This document shows, one piece after another, positions 19,920-30,818 of a stretch of 59,821 nucleotides of DNA (position 1 is its first letter; every line of letters begins with the position of its first letter). The notes under the pieces are model-generated. The model was given only the letters and a program-made list of their open reading frames with translations, searched no databases and was not told the origin of the DNA. The stretch comes from Lachnospiraceae bacterium (lineage in GTDB: Bacteria > Bacillota > Clostridia > Lachnospirales > Lachnospiraceae), in assembly GCA_022768825.1 (NCBI GenBank), contig JALEJB010000043.1, forward strand, positions 1 to 59,821, given 5' to 3'. The position numbers and the translations under genes are program-made.

Positions 19920-20378
19920 TTAATTTTCATCTATGACTGCACTCAACTCAAAAATAGAAATCAGCTCATTTCCATTTTTTCCGATACCATTGATGAAGGT
20001 ATTCTTTCCATCCTTTGTATCGTGACTCGGCTTATCAATCTCATCCGGTCCGAGATTTACAACCTCTCGAACCTCGTCAACAATGACACCGATCTTTCCC
20101 TGCTCCTCGATTTTGAGGATGATAATACGGCTTGCATTGGTAAATGTATCATCTTCAAATCCCATTTTCAGACGGATACTCATAACCGGAACGATCTCAC
20201 CACGCAGATTTATGATTCCTTTGAAATAAGGCTGAGCCTTTGGAACTCTGGTGATTTTCTGCATACGGACAATATTATCTACATAGCTGATATCAATGCC
20301 GTATTGCTCACTGCCCAATTTAACAACAATATATTGTTTCTTCTCTTGAACTTCTGTTGTCTCAATATTGTTTGTCAT
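19920..20378 (-). CDS. cheW: chemotaxis adaptor CheW
   Basis: ITRVPKA, GIINLRGEIVPV. Confidence 0.96.
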   Translation of the reverse strand: MTNNIETTEVQEKKQYIVVKLGSEQYGIDISYVDNIVRMQKITRVPKAQPYFKGIINLRGEIVPVMSIRLKMGFEDDTFTNASRIIILKIEEQGKIGVIVDEVREVVNLGPDEIDKPSHDTKDGKNTFINGIGKNGNELISIFELSAVIDEN

Positions 20379-20394
20379 GATTTTCCTTACCTCC

Positions 20395-22488
20395 CTACAT
20401 CAATGTATTCACATCAAGGATCAGCGCAACTTCTCCATCTCCTAAGATGGTTGCACCACTGATGATCTTGGTTGAATTGTTGATAAACTTGCCAAGAGAT
20501 TTGATAACGATCTCCTGCTGTCCGATCAGATTATCTACAACAAGACCGACCTGTTTTTCTCCCTTTTGCACGATAACGACGGTCAGACTTTCCGGTTCTT
20601 CTTCCGGAGCTGCAATATCTAAAATCTGATTCAGACGGATGATAGGAATCACGACGCCACGTAAATTGATGACTTCTTTTGCTTCTACATACTTGATGTC
20701 TGAAACCGGAATATCTTCAATATTGGAAATTGATCCTAATGCGATTGCATACTTTTCGTCTGCAATTTCAACCATCAATGCCTGGATGATTGCAAGTGTC
20801 AATGGTAAACGAACGGTGAATACAGAGCCTACACCAAATTTACTCTTTACCTCCACATCTCCGCCAAGAGCTTCGATATTGGATTTTACAACATCCAGAC
20901 CTACACCACGTCCGGAAATATCTGTAATCTGTTTTGCCATAGAAAAACTTGGCATAAACAAAAAGTCGATGATCTCTTTCTGTGACAGGTTCTCTGCCTG
21001 CTCAGGGGTAACGATTCCACGCTCGATTGCTTTTGCTTTTACTTTATCTGTATCAATACCGTTACCATCATCACTAACCTCGATAATAACGTTATTTCCT
21101 TCCTGAAACGCCTTCAAGTTGATGCTTCCTGTCTCAGGCTTTCCTCTTTCCTTACGAATTTCCGCACTCTCAAGACCGTGATCGGCAGAATTACGAAGCA
21201 AATGCTGCAACGGATCACCGATCTGGTCTACAACGGTACGATCAAGCTCGGTCTCTTCACCGGACATGGTAAGTTCCATTTTCTTTCCAAGTTTACGCGA
21301 AAGATCTCGGATCATACGCGGGAACTTGTTTACAACGCTCTCAATTGGTACCATTCGAACCTTCATAACTGACTCATGAAGACTTGTGGTAATGCGCTCC
21401 AGATACTCAATCTGCTCCTGATAAGACTGATTCTGAATACCGATCTCACTGGAACTCAAAGAAACGAGTGAATTCTTTGCAATGATCAGCTCACTGACCT
21501 GATTCATCAATGCATCCAGTTTTTCAATATCCACACGAACTGTTCTGCTGGTTACAGGTTTTGCAGCCTGTTTCTTGGCTGTCGCTGCCTGCGTCGAAGC
21601 TGCTGCGGCAGGTGCCGGAGCTGCCTTTGGCTCTGTTGCTGCTACTGCCGGTGCGGTGGTCTCACCGGTTGCCGTTGCTGCATCTTCATGAGTAATGTCA
21701 GAAAGCTTCATCTCATCCGCAACCACATTGGCAATCTCTGAAACGTTTTTCGCTGCTGCAACAATCTTGTCAACCGGTTCCTCGGTAACAAAATAAATAC
21801 TAAAATCAAACTCAAATCTCTCATCCTCAATATCCTGAGAACTTGGATTGTACACAATGATCTGGGCAAATTCTTCTACCGCTTTAAATACAAGAAAAGC
21901 TCTGGCTGCTTTTAACAGGCAGTCCTTCTGAACAAATACGGTCATACCATATACATGCTGACCGGACTGAACGGCTTCTTTGAGTTTTTTGATGTCGGTC
22001 TCGCTCAATTCCGCAGTTAAGAACTTCTTTTCATCAGGCGCTGACGCAGCTTCTTTTTTCGGCTCCGGTGCAACAGCCGTCTGTGCCGGTGCTTCTGCCC
22101 CGGCTGTTCCATCCAAAAACGAATTCAATTTCTGGATAATCGCTTCATTGTCGTTGCTTCCCTCATCCGAAGTCTCTTTGATAATGGTCAGATACCCCTC
22201 AATCGCATCCAGACACTGGAATAACAGATCGATCATGTCACTGTTGACCTTGATCGTATCGTTACGTACTTCCTGGAATACATTCTCCATATCATGAGTT
22301 AGGTGCTGCATACGTTTGAAGCCCATTGTTCCTGCCATACCCTTTAAAGAGTGTGCGGCGCGGAAAATCTCATTAATGGTATCTTTGTTTTCCGGCTCCT
22401 TTTCCAGAGTCATAATACTGTCACTCAGATTTTGAATGTGCTCACTCGTCTCATCAATAAAAATCTCAAGATATTGACTTACATCCAT
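20395..22488 (-). CDS. cheA: chemotaxis histidine kinase
   Basis: HPt AAHSLKG, N box HLLRNSADHG, GRGVGLDVV, C-terminal CheW domain. Confidence 0.98.
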   Translation of the reverse strand: MDVSQYLEIFIDETSEHIQNLSDSIMTLEKEPENKDTINEIFRAAHSLKGMAGTMGFKRMQHLTHDMENVFQEVRNDTIKVNSDMIDLLFQCLDAIEGYLTIIKETSDEGSNDNEAIIQKLNSFLDGTAGAEAPAQTAVAPEPKKEAASAPDEKKFLTAELSETDIKKLKEAVQSGQHVYGMTVFVQKDCLLKAARAFLVFKAVEEFAQIIVYNPSSQDIEDERFEFDFSIYFVTEEPVDKIVAAAKNVSEIANVVADEMKLSDITHEDAATATGETTAPAVAATEPKAAPAPAAAASTQAATAKKQAAKPVTSRTVRVDIEKLDALMNQVSELIIAKNSLVSLSSSEIGIQNQSYQEQIEYLERITTSLHESVMKVRMVPIESVVNKFPRMIRDLSRKLGKKMELTMSGEETELDRTVVDQIGDPLQHLLRNSADHGLESAEIRKERGKPETGSINLKAFQEGNNVIIEVSDDGNGIDTDKVKAKAIERGIVTPEQAENLSQKEIIDFLFMPSFSMAKQITDISGRGVGLDVVKSNIEALGGDVEVKSKFGVGSVFTVRLPLTLAIIQALMVEIADEKYAIALGSISNIEDIPVSDIKYVEAKEVINLRGVVIPIIRLNQILDIAAPEEEPESLTVVIVQKGEKQVGLVVDNLIGQQEIVIKSLGKFINNSTKIISGATILGDGEVALILDVNTLM

Positions 22489-22489
22489 G

Positions 22490-23566
22490 TTATTTTACCC
22501 CCACTTTATTATTTATCGCTCGTGCGACTTGTTCTAACGGGACAACTTCATCCACCATTCCTGCCTCGGCGATTGCTCTTGGCATGCCGTACACAACACT
22601 GCTTTCTTCGTCCTGTGCGATGACATATACCGGTTTCTTTTCAGCAAGCTCTGTGATCCCCTTCGTTCCGTCTGCGCCCATACCGGTAAGTACCACGCAT
22701 ACGATCTCATCGAATTTTGACTGGATCAACGATTGAAATGTGATGTTGGCACAAGGCTTGAGGCCTCCCACCGGCTCACTATCATTCAGATGCAATCGAT
22801 GAACTCCGTTTAAATCGGCAAGCACTTCCAGATGCTTTCCGCCGGGAGCAATGTATACCGTACCCTTCTTCAATACATCGCCTTCCTGCGCTTCCTTCAC
22901 CGTGATCTCGCTCAGTTCATTCAACCGTTCCGCAAGGGACTTCGTAAAACCTGCCGGCATATGCTGTACCAAAACCATTGGTGCATCCAGATTCGCTTTC
23001 AAAAGCGGAAGAACCGATTGCAGTGATTTTGGACCTCCGGTGGAGCATGCCAGTGCAATCAATCGATTTGCTCCATGCGTCAGCACTCTGCTTCTTTGCG
23101 GTGTACGTTTGATTCTTGCCGTTGTCAGCACCTGCTGACTCGCCGTGATTTCCTTTTTTTTGCCTTTGGAAAAAACGACCGAGTTCAGAATCATTAAAAG
23201 CTTGTCATGAAAGCGTGATCCCTTTGCTTCGATCAGGTTTTCCGGCTTCTTCACAAAATCAACAGCACCAAGCTCCATTGCACGAAGCGTGACACTTGCG
23301 CCATCAACCGTTAAACTGCTGACCATCACGACCGTTGCTTCAATCTGCTCCTGCCGTAACCGCTCCAGTAATTCCAGTCCGTCCATTCTTGGCATATTCA
23401 CATCCAAAATAACTGCATCAAAGCTTTTCTTTTGCAGTAATTCATACGCCTCTAGGCCGTCGTGACAGATTTCCGTTGCTTGAAATTGTTCGTCTGAGTT
23501 GATTATATCACAGATGATGCGTCTCATAAGTGCAGAGTCATCTACAACAAGAATATTTTTTTTCAT
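22490..23566 (-). CDS. cheB: chemotaxis methylesterase response regulator
   Basis: Receiver VVDDS/LDVNMP; catalytic STGG, QHMP, LTGMGADG. Confidence 0.97.
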   Translation of the reverse strand: MKKNILVVDDSALMRRIICDIINSDEQFQATEICHDGLEAYELLQKKSFDAVILDVNMPRMDGLELLERLRQEQIEATVVMVSSLTVDGASVTLRAMELGAVDFVKKPENLIEAKGSRFHDKLLMILNSVVFSKGKKKEITASQQVLTTARIKRTPQRSRVLTHGANRLIALACSTGGPKSLQSVLPLLKANLDAPMVLVQHMPAGFTKSLAERLNELSEITVKEAQEGDVLKKGTVYIAPGGKHLEVLADLNGVHRLHLNDSEPVGGLKPCANITFQSLIQSKFDEIVCVVLTGMGADGTKGITELAEKKPVYVIAQDEESSVVYGMPRAIAEAGMVDEVVPLEQVARAINNKVGVK

Positions 23567-23574
23567 TTTACACT

Positions 23575-24312
23575 CTATACCTTTTTTCGAATCTTTCGAT
23601 CTTCGTCAAATACATATTTTATGATGATTTCCCGGGTTTTGTTTGTAATATGAACGAACTCCCCACGTGTCTCATATCGGTCGATCGATGCATTCGCCTT
23701 TCTACATGTCACAATGTTGATCGCAAGAATTAATTCCTGTGAAAAAGATTCATTTCCAATGATCGTTCGTACAATGTAATAACTATTTTCCTCATATTGC
23801 TTTTCGCAGATAAAACGAATTCCCCCACCGCTGATGTCAACGATCACCGCTTTATCTTCGTTTTCTTTTATTTCCGGACGCATGATCAACGCGGCATACT
23901 GTTGTTCACTGTTTTCCAGCATTTCCTCCCGCGTGATCGGATATAATTCAGCCCCAAGAATACACTGCAAACGAAAATATTCCCGTCGTTGCAGCTTTGT
24001 GATCCCGGTTGTCAGCGACATCTTTAACACATAACGGTTATCGGATTTATACCGGTCAACCACCTGCGCAACCGTCTGATACAAACTGTTTTTTTCGTAA
24101 AAGACGAGTTCATATCTGACACCGATCGAAAGTAATACCAGTTTTCCTTTATAGATCGGCATCTGAATGATCAGATTTCCCTCCGGTGTAATATCGTCTA
24201 ACATACTTTCCAGAACCGGCGTTTTTTCACCTGTGATCTTATTTCGCTGTGCCTGTTCCACAGAGCATATTTCTATTTTACATCCAACCTGTAATACATC
24301 TAAAGTTGCCAT
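23575..24312 (-). CDS. c-di-GMP-binding flagellar brake (YcgR/PilZ type)
   Basis: QRREYFR (RxxxR) and DISGGG motifs. Confidence 0.9.
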   Translation of the reverse strand: MATLDVLQVGCKIEICSVEQAQRNKITGEKTPVLESMLDDITPEGNLIIQMPIYKGKLVLLSIGVRYELVFYEKNSLYQTVAQVVDRYKSDNRYVLKMSLTTGITKLQRREYFRLQCILGAELYPITREEMLENSEQQYAALIMRPEIKENEDKAVIVDISGGGIRFICEKQYEENSYYIVRTIIGNESFSQELILAINIVTCRKANASIDRYETRGEFVHITNKTREIIIKYVFDEDRKIRKKV

Positions 24313-24349
24313 ACGGTACAACCTTTCTTACTTTTTCTCTTTGTCATTG

Positions 24350-25228
24350 TCAGCGATTCAGCAATCCATACAAAAGCCTTGTAATGCCGCCTCTTGTCTG
24401 ATAGTACTGATTCTCACCGCTCACAAGGCTTTCTGCCAAAAGCTTATAGGCCTTTGCGGCCGGTGCCGACGCATCTAACAGTGATATCGTCTGCTGTTGT
24501 CTGACGGCTTTCTCGACAGCATTGTCCTGCGGGATCAATCCCAGATAGTTGATCTTTCCATGTAAAAACTGGGAGACAACGGAATTGAGTTTATCGTACA
24601 CTGCCTGCCCGTCTTCCGTGGAGATCACTTTGTTTGCCACGACATTGATGACAGAACTTGCCGCATTAAAATTCGGATTCCGATGCAGTGTTTTGAGCAA
24701 GGAATACGAATCTGTCAGAGAACTTGGTTCCGGTGTGGTGACAAGCATGATCTCCGGGCTCGAGATCACAAATTCCATGACCGAGTCCGAGATTCCCGCC
24801 CCGGTATCGATCAGGACAAAATCTGCCATTGCATCCAGCTGTGACAGATTATGTACCAGATAGATGATCTGGTCTCTTGTCAGATTACTCAGGCTCACCA
24901 CACCGGAGCCACCGGAAATAAATCCGATATCCAACGGTCCTGCGGTGATCACCTCACGGATACTTTTCCCCCGGTAGATCACATCACTTAAATTATATTT
25001 GGGAATGGCACCAAACATAACTTCTACGTTTGCCAATCCGATATCAGCGTCAAATATGATCACTTTTTTTCCAAGCTTGCTCAGCCAGACGGCAAGATTG
25101 ACCGTCGTATTTGATTTTCCAACCCCGCCTTTTCCGCTTGTAATGGTGATCACACGGGCTTTCTTTTCCTGCTCCCATGCCTGAGACTGCTGCTTCATCA
25201 CATTGCGAAGGCCTGTTGCCTGATCCAT
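24350..25228 (-). CDS. flhG: MinD-like flagellar number regulator
   Basis: MDQA N-terminus, SGKGGVGKS, follows flhF. Confidence 0.93.
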   Translation of the reverse strand: MDQATGLRNVMKQQSQAWEQEKKARVITITSGKGGVGKSNTTVNLAVWLSKLGKKVIIFDADIGLANVEVMFGAIPKYNLSDVIYRGKSIREVITAGPLDIGFISGGSGVVSLSNLTRDQIIYLVHNLSQLDAMADFVLIDTGAGISDSVMEFVISSPEIMLVTTPEPSSLTDSYSLLKTLHRNPNFNAASSVINVVANKVISTEDGQAVYDKLNSVVSQFLHGKINYLGLIPQDNAVEKAVRQQQTISLLDASAPAAKAYKLLAESLVSGENQYYQTRGGITRLLYGLLNR

Positions 25229-25229
25229 G

Positions 25230-26531
25230 CTAGTCTCCTCCTAACAGTTTCTTTACAATTTCCTGTGTATGAAATTCTTCCATGTCATCCGGCACATTCT
25301 GTCCGTTTGTCACATAAGCGATATCCGCTCCGGAATACATACGGATATTGTAAATATTGCCATACAGACTTGTCTCATCCAGTTTTGTAAAGATAATCGA
25401 ATAATCGGATATTCCACGGTATTTGTCACAGATATCCTTTAAATCACGGTATTTTGTAGTCGCTGAAAGTACCAGATACACCATTTTTTCATAGGACGAT
25501 GCTACGGAAGCCAGCAGCTTTTTGGTATCCTCCCGCTGTTCTTCGTTTTTGTGTGAAAATCCGGCTGTATCCACAAAGATCAGATCATAATCCTGCAATC
25601 TGGAAAGTGCCTGATCCATCTCCTCCGGTGAATAAATGATCGTCAGAGGCGCATCTAAAATATTGGCATATGTACGAAGCTGATCTGTAGCTGCGATCCG
25701 ATAAGTGTCCGCTGTCATAAATGCGATATTTCTGCCCTGTTCAATTTTAAAACGGGATGCCACCTTTGCAATCGTTGTCGTTTTTCCGACACCGGTCGGT
25801 CCGATAAAGAAGATCACCTGTGGTTTTTTATTTCCAACCTTAATCGTTTTGGGATTACCAAATTTTAAGATCATTTTTTGATATACATTGGACAGGATAT
25901 AGTCCATACTCGACCCACGGCGAACCACCTTCATCACATCATCCAGAAGCTGATTCACATATTTCTCGTCCACCTCATTATCTAACAATGTCTGATACAT
26001 CATTTTCAAAAAAGAAACGCTCTGATCCTGATGCGTCGGAGTCTCCACCGGCACAAGATCCTTTAGTTCCGGCTGCTCCTGATCTGCCTTGGCATTGTCC
26101 GGCGACAGCTTCTGTTCCAGCAATGTCTGTAGATTTACCAGACGTTCTTCGATGCCCTCTGATGCCGGATTTGAAGCTGACACTTTCGGGCCTTCTACAG
26201 TTTCCGGTTGTGAGGCAACCGGTCTGACTGTCTGTTTTTTTATAACCGGCGGTTCTTTTTCCAGCTTCGGCAGGCTGATGTCTTCATCTGCCGCCAGATT
26301 GATGCTCTCATGCATGCGCATCGACGCTTTGAGCGCAGATGCAGGAGTAAGCTGCGGATCTTTTTCTTCCATCGCAGCTGTCACTTCATAATGAGGTGTC
26401 TTTAAAAAGCCAAACAGTCCCGTCGGTTTCACCAGCTTGACATTCATGATCACCACGCCCGGTCCCATTTCACTCTTTGCCTTTTCAATTGCCTCTTCTT
26501 CTGTTTTTCCCTGAAATTTATTTATGGTCAT
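25230..26531 (-). CDS. flhF: SRP-family flagellar GTPase
   Basis: GPTGVGKTT, DTYR, DTAG, TKLDE. Confidence 0.96.
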   Translation of the reverse strand: MTINKFQGKTEEEAIEKAKSEMGPGVVIMNVKLVKPTGLFGFLKTPHYEVTAAMEEKDPQLTPASALKASMRMHESINLAADEDISLPKLEKEPPVIKKQTVRPVASQPETVEGPKVSASNPASEGIEERLVNLQTLLEQKLSPDNAKADQEQPELKDLVPVETPTHQDQSVSFLKMMYQTLLDNEVDEKYVNQLLDDVMKVVRRGSSMDYILSNVYQKMILKFGNPKTIKVGNKKPQVIFFIGPTGVGKTTTIAKVASRFKIEQGRNIAFMTADTYRIAATDQLRTYANILDAPLTIIYSPEEMDQALSRLQDYDLIFVDTAGFSHKNEEQREDTKKLLASVASSYEKMVYLVLSATTKYRDLKDICDKYRGISDYSIIFTKLDETSLYGNIYNIRMYSGADIAYVTNGQNVPDDMEEFHTQEIVKKLLGGD

Positions 26532-26532
26532 A

Positions 26533-28572
26533 TCAGCATGTCACCATCCCTACCGACTGCAACTCTACATTGGATTCAATCTCATTATATGATACCACGA
26601 TCAGATCCTTCAAGTATTCTTCGGTTAATTTTTTGTAATACATACGCACGATCGGCGATGTCACAACAATCGCGCTTTTACCAAGATTTTCCAGTTTTTC
26701 CACCTCATTGGATGTCGCTTCGATAATCGCTTTCGTCCGCTCCGGATCCAGTGTCAGATATGCGCCCTGTTCGGTCTGTTTGACACTGGACATGATCTCC
26801 TGCTCAATCTTCGGATCAAGTGTGACGACGCTTGTCGATTCGTTTGCCGGAAAATATTTATTGGAAATCGCCCGTTTCAAGCTTTGTCTGACGTACTCTG
26901 TCAACACATCGGTATCTCTCGAGGTGGTCGCATGGTCCGCCAGCGTCTCAAAAATTGTAAGCAGATCGCGAATGGAAATTCCTTCCGCCAACAGATTTTG
27001 CAGTACCTTTTGAATCTCTCCGATTCCAAGCAGCTTTGGCACAAGCTCGTCCACCAGAACCGGATTGTTCTCTTTGACATTGTCCACCAAGTTCTGGACA
27101 TCCTGCCTGGTAAGCAGTTCGGCAATATGTGTCCGGATGATCTCGGTCAAATGCGTTGCAATGATACTCGGCGGATCGACAACCGTATAGCCAAGACTCT
27201 CCGCACGCTCTCTCTGACTTTCCGTGATCCAGATTGCCGGCAGATGGAAAGACGGCTCAAAGGTCGGAATACCGGTGATCTGTTCCTCTACAAAGCCCGG
27301 ATTCATCGCCATATAATGATCAAACAGGATCTCTCCTTCTGCTACCTGAATACCTTTGATCTTGATGATATACTGATTCGGATTGAGCTGGATATTGTCA
27401 CGCAGACGAATGATCGGTACCACCGTACCAAGTTCCAGCGCGATCTGCCTTCGGATCATAACGACGCGGTCCAACAGATCTCCTCCCTGATTGACATCGG
27501 CAAGGGGAATGATACCATATCCGAATTCCAGCTCGATAGGATCAACCGACAGGAGTGAAACCACATTTTCCGGTTTTCGAATCTCTTCTGCTTCTGTTTC
27601 CGATGCCGCCGCTTCCTCTTCAATATGCTCGACACTCATACTCTTATTCATATTCAATCCTGTCACAAGGAACAATGCTCCCATTCCAATACACAGGACC
27701 CAATTGAGCGGAGTAAAGACTCCCAAAAAAGTCAGCACCGTTCCAACCAGGATCAGAACCTTCGGAATACCAAATAATTGCCCGATCAATACCTCGCCAA
27801 AATCTGCCTCTTTGCTTGCTTTGGTAACCAGAATACCGGTTGCAAGCGAGATTGCAAGTGAAGGGATCTGCGAACTCAGACCATCACCGATGGTCATGAT
27901 TCCGTATTGTAACAACGCATCCTGAAAGCTCATGCCGGAACGCATCATACCCATGACAGTACCGCCGATCACATTGACAAAAGTGATGATCAGACCGGCA
28001 GACGCATCTCCTTTGACGTACTTCGTCGCTCCATCCATGGCTCCGAAGAAACTGGACTCCTGCTGAATCTTCTCTCGGCGTTTTTTTGCCTCTTCATCGG
28101 TGATCGCGCCGGTATTGAGATCGGCATCGATGGCCATCTGTTTACCCGGCATTGCATCCAATGTGAAACGTGCCGTTACTTCTGATACACGCTCTGAACC
28201 TTTATTGATGACTACAAACTGTACAATGACAAGAATGATGAAGATGATCGTACCGATGATCATATCTCCGCCACCGACGAACTGTCCGAAGGTCATAACC
28301 ACATTTCCCGGATTTCCCGTACTGAGGATCAGACGTGTCGAAGAAACATTCAGTGAAATACGGAAAATTGTCGTAAACAAAAGCAGAGTCGGAAAAAACG
28401 ACATATCCAGCACTTCTTTTACAAACAGACAGTTAAACAATATGATCAATGCGATGGATAAGTTAAAAACAAGCAGTACGTCCAAAAGAAAGGCCGGAAT
28501 CGGAACAATAAAGAAGATAATCGCTGCCATCAGATATACTGCAACGCCCACATCCTGTTTTCTTACGCTCAT
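26533..28572 (-). CDS. flhA: flagellar export protein FlhA
   Basis: ARFTLDAMPGKQMAIDADL, FFGAMDGA. Confidence 0.98.
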   Translation of the reverse strand: MSVRKQDVGVAVYLMAAIIFFIVPIPAFLLDVLLVFNLSIALIILFNCLFVKEVLDMSFFPTLLLFTTIFRISLNVSSTRLILSTGNPGNVVMTFGQFVGGGDMIIGTIIFIILVIVQFVVINKGSERVSEVTARFTLDAMPGKQMAIDADLNTGAITDEEAKKRREKIQQESSFFGAMDGATKYVKGDASAGLIITFVNVIGGTVMGMMRSGMSFQDALLQYGIMTIGDGLSSQIPSLAISLATGILVTKASKEADFGEVLIGQLFGIPKVLILVGTVLTFLGVFTPLNWVLCIGMGALFLVTGLNMNKSMSVEHIEEEAAASETEAEEIRKPENVVSLLSVDPIELEFGYGIIPLADVNQGGDLLDRVVMIRRQIALELGTVVPIIRLRDNIQLNPNQYIIKIKGIQVAEGEILFDHYMAMNPGFVEEQITGIPTFEPSFHLPAIWITESQRERAESLGYTVVDPPSIIATHLTEIIRTHIAELLTRQDVQNLVDNVKENNPVLVDELVPKLLGIGEIQKVLQNLLAEGISIRDLLTIFETLADHATTSRDTDVLTEYVRQSLKRAISNKYFPANESTSVVTLDPKIEQEIMSSVKQTEQGAYLTLDPERTKAIIEATSNEVEKLENLGKSAIVVTSPIVRMYYKKLTEEYLKDLIVVSYNEIESNVELQSVGMVTC

Positions 28573-28621
28573 GTTCCGTCCCTCCTTTCTCTAACTTATC
28601 ACAATCTTATCACAGAACCGT

Positions 28622-29749
28622 TTACACCCGGTTCTGTGCCCGGTATACATTGGCAAGAATCTCTGCAACAACCTGATATAACTCCGGCGGAATCTCACTT
28701 CCTACCTCAACATTGGCATACAGCATTCGAGCCAGCGGTTTATTCTCTACGATTTCAACATGATTATCCTTTGCGATCTCCTTGATCTTTTGTGCCACAA
28801 AATCTGCACCTTTCGCAATGACAACCGGTGCGGTTCCCGCAGAGGAATCATACTTTAGTGCAACTGCGTAATGCGTCGGGTTCGTGATGACCACATCCGC
28901 CTGAGGCACATCCTGCATCATTCGTCGTCTGGAGGCCTCCTGCATACGCTGTCTTTGTTTTCCTTTGATCTGAGGATCTCCCTCAGAATTTTTCATCTCA
29001 TCTTTTACTTCCTGTTTGGTCATCTTCATATCTTCGTCAAACTTGTGCTTCTGATAGATGTAATCCACGGCTCCGATGATACAATAGACCAGACTGATCC
29101 GAAATCCCACATCGATCACCAGCGAACCGATTTCCGCAAGTGCCTGATTTAGTGTGATGTTATACAACAGAAAAATCTCATTGATCCGGTCTTTGAGTGT
29201 GACATAAGCAATGATCGCGATCAAAATAATTTTTGCAATGGACTTTACCAGTTCAAACAGCGCATCCTTGGAAAACATCCGTTTAAATCCGTTGATCGGA
29301 TTAAATTTATCAAATTTCGGCTTCAGGGGCTTCGTGGAAATCTGCCATTTCACCTGAAGAATGTTGATGATCAGCGCAATCCCGACGCCCGCGATAAAAA
29401 ACGGAGCAACCAGCTTGAGTGCGATCAAGGCAGAATGCTGAAAATAAGACATCACAGCAACCGTATCCATTTGACCTTTTGTATGGATTGTCTCCGGAAT
29501 CTTGGTATACACATCCTTGAAAACCTGCAAAAAATTCTGTCCCAGAAATGACATGAACACACGAAGCAGCAAAAAGAGTACCACCAGTGTTGCCGCCTGA
29601 TCCAGTTCTTTACTTTTGCAGACCTGTCCTTCCTTACGGGCATCATTCAGTTTTTTCTGGGTTGCCGGTTCTGTCTTTTCTCCACCCGGGCCGTCTTTGG
29701 CAAAGAACTGGAGATCAAGTACCAATAACCGTTCTGATTTATCCTGCAT
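28622..29749 (-). CDS. flhB: flagellar export protein FlhB
   Basis: EKTEPAT, autocleavage site NPTH. Confidence 0.98.
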   Translation of the reverse strand: MQDKSERLLVLDLQFFAKDGPGGEKTEPATQKKLNDARKEGQVCKSKELDQAATLVVLFLLLRVFMSFLGQNFLQVFKDVYTKIPETIHTKGQMDTVAVMSYFQHSALIALKLVAPFFIAGVGIALIINILQVKWQISTKPLKPKFDKFNPINGFKRMFSKDALFELVKSIAKIILIAIIAYVTLKDRINEIFLLYNITLNQALAEIGSLVIDVGFRISLVYCIIGAVDYIYQKHKFDEDMKMTKQEVKDEMKNSEGDPQIKGKQRQRMQEASRRRMMQDVPQADVVITNPTHYAVALKYDSSAGTAPVVIAKGADFVAQKIKEIAKDNHVEIVENKPLARMLYANVEVGSEIPPELYQVVAEILANVYRAQNRV

Positions 29750-30524
29750 ACAAACCTTTCACCATCATTCGCATCATGAGCTTCATTTCTTCTCCGATCA
29801 TCTCCGCAGCTCTCGGAAGTAATACAATTGAAATCATGATGACACCATAACCCATTAACAGCTTGATCTGAATACCTACTGCAAACATATTCATCTGCGG
29901 AGCAACCTTCGCCATAATTCCCAACACACAATCGAATGCCATCATACATGCAAAGATCGGCAGCGCAATCCGAAAGCCAATCGAAAACAGTTCCGTGACA
30001 AAAGTAATCATGGAGCGAACCAGATACTCCCATTGAAAAATCTGCCCATTTACCGGAACCAGTGAAAAGCTGTCTACGATGGCCTGTATGATATAGTGAT
30101 ACATATTGGAAGTCAACAAAAGCAGCAGCACAGCATAATTATAAAAAGTACCTGTAATACTCTCCTGTGATCTTGTCATCGGATTGTACTGTTGCGCCAT
30201 CGACAATCCGATCTGCATATCAATGATATGTCCTGCAAAACTCACGATATAGGTACACATATTAGCTGCAGCTCCAATCATAAGACCGGTTGCGGCTTCT
30301 TTGAGTACGATCAGACCGTAAGAGATCATCCCATCGTAACTGAAATTTGGATCCGGCAGCAACTGAAACACGATCATGGCAATCGTAGCTGACAGCCCGA
30401 TCTTCACTCTGGTAGGAACTGCACTTAAGCCAAAAAAGGGCGCAACAGCAACAAAGCTGGCAATGCGCACCAGAATCAGCAGATAATATTCTAATGATAA
30501 TAATGAAAATGAAAAATTAACCAT
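29739..30524 (-). CDS. fliR: flagellar export protein FliR
   Basis: Multi-TM; AGHIIDMQIG, APQMNMF. Confidence 0.95.
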   Translation of the reverse strand: MVNFSFSLLSLEYYLLILVRIASFVAVAPFFGLSAVPTRVKIGLSATIAMIVFQLLPDPNFSYDGMISYGLIVLKEAATGLMIGAAANMCTYIVSFAGHIIDMQIGLSMAQQYNPMTRSQESITGTFYNYAVLLLLLTSNMYHYIIQAIVDSFSLVPVNGQIFQWEYLVRSMITFVTELFSIGFRIALPIFACMMAFDCVLGIMAKVAPQMNMFAVGIQIKLLMGYGVIMISIVLLPRAAEMIGEEMKLMMRMMVKGLYAG

Positions 30525-30790
30525 CAGATGTAAATACTAAAATCACTCCACAATTTAATCATATAATCCGTCATATTACCCAGCATCCATGCACCCAGTA
30601 ACAGCATCGTCACAAATACCGCTAAAATCTTCGGTACAAATGTCAGCGTCTGTTCCTGAATCGATGTCACTGTCTGAAAAATACTAATGATCAGTCCTAC
30701 AATCAGTGAGACAAGTAATACCGGAGCAGCCGTGATCACGATCGTATAGATGGCATCTCTTGTAATATCCATGATTACGCCTTCTGTCAT
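30524..30790 (-). CDS. fliQ: flagellar export protein FliQ
   Basis: FQTVTSIQEQTLTFVPK. Confidence 0.97.
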   Translation of the reverse strand: MTEGVIMDITRDAIYTIVITAAPVLLVSLIVGLIISIFQTVTSIQEQTLTFVPKILAVFVTMLLLGAWMLGNMTDYMIKLWSDFSIYI

Positions 30791-30818
30791 AATCTGCCCT
30801 CTCCTTTCTTATATCCTA

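Noticed and set aside
28595-28614. CTTATCACA direct repeat between flhB and flhA
   Set aside because: Two 9-bp copies with no promoter context; probably slippage
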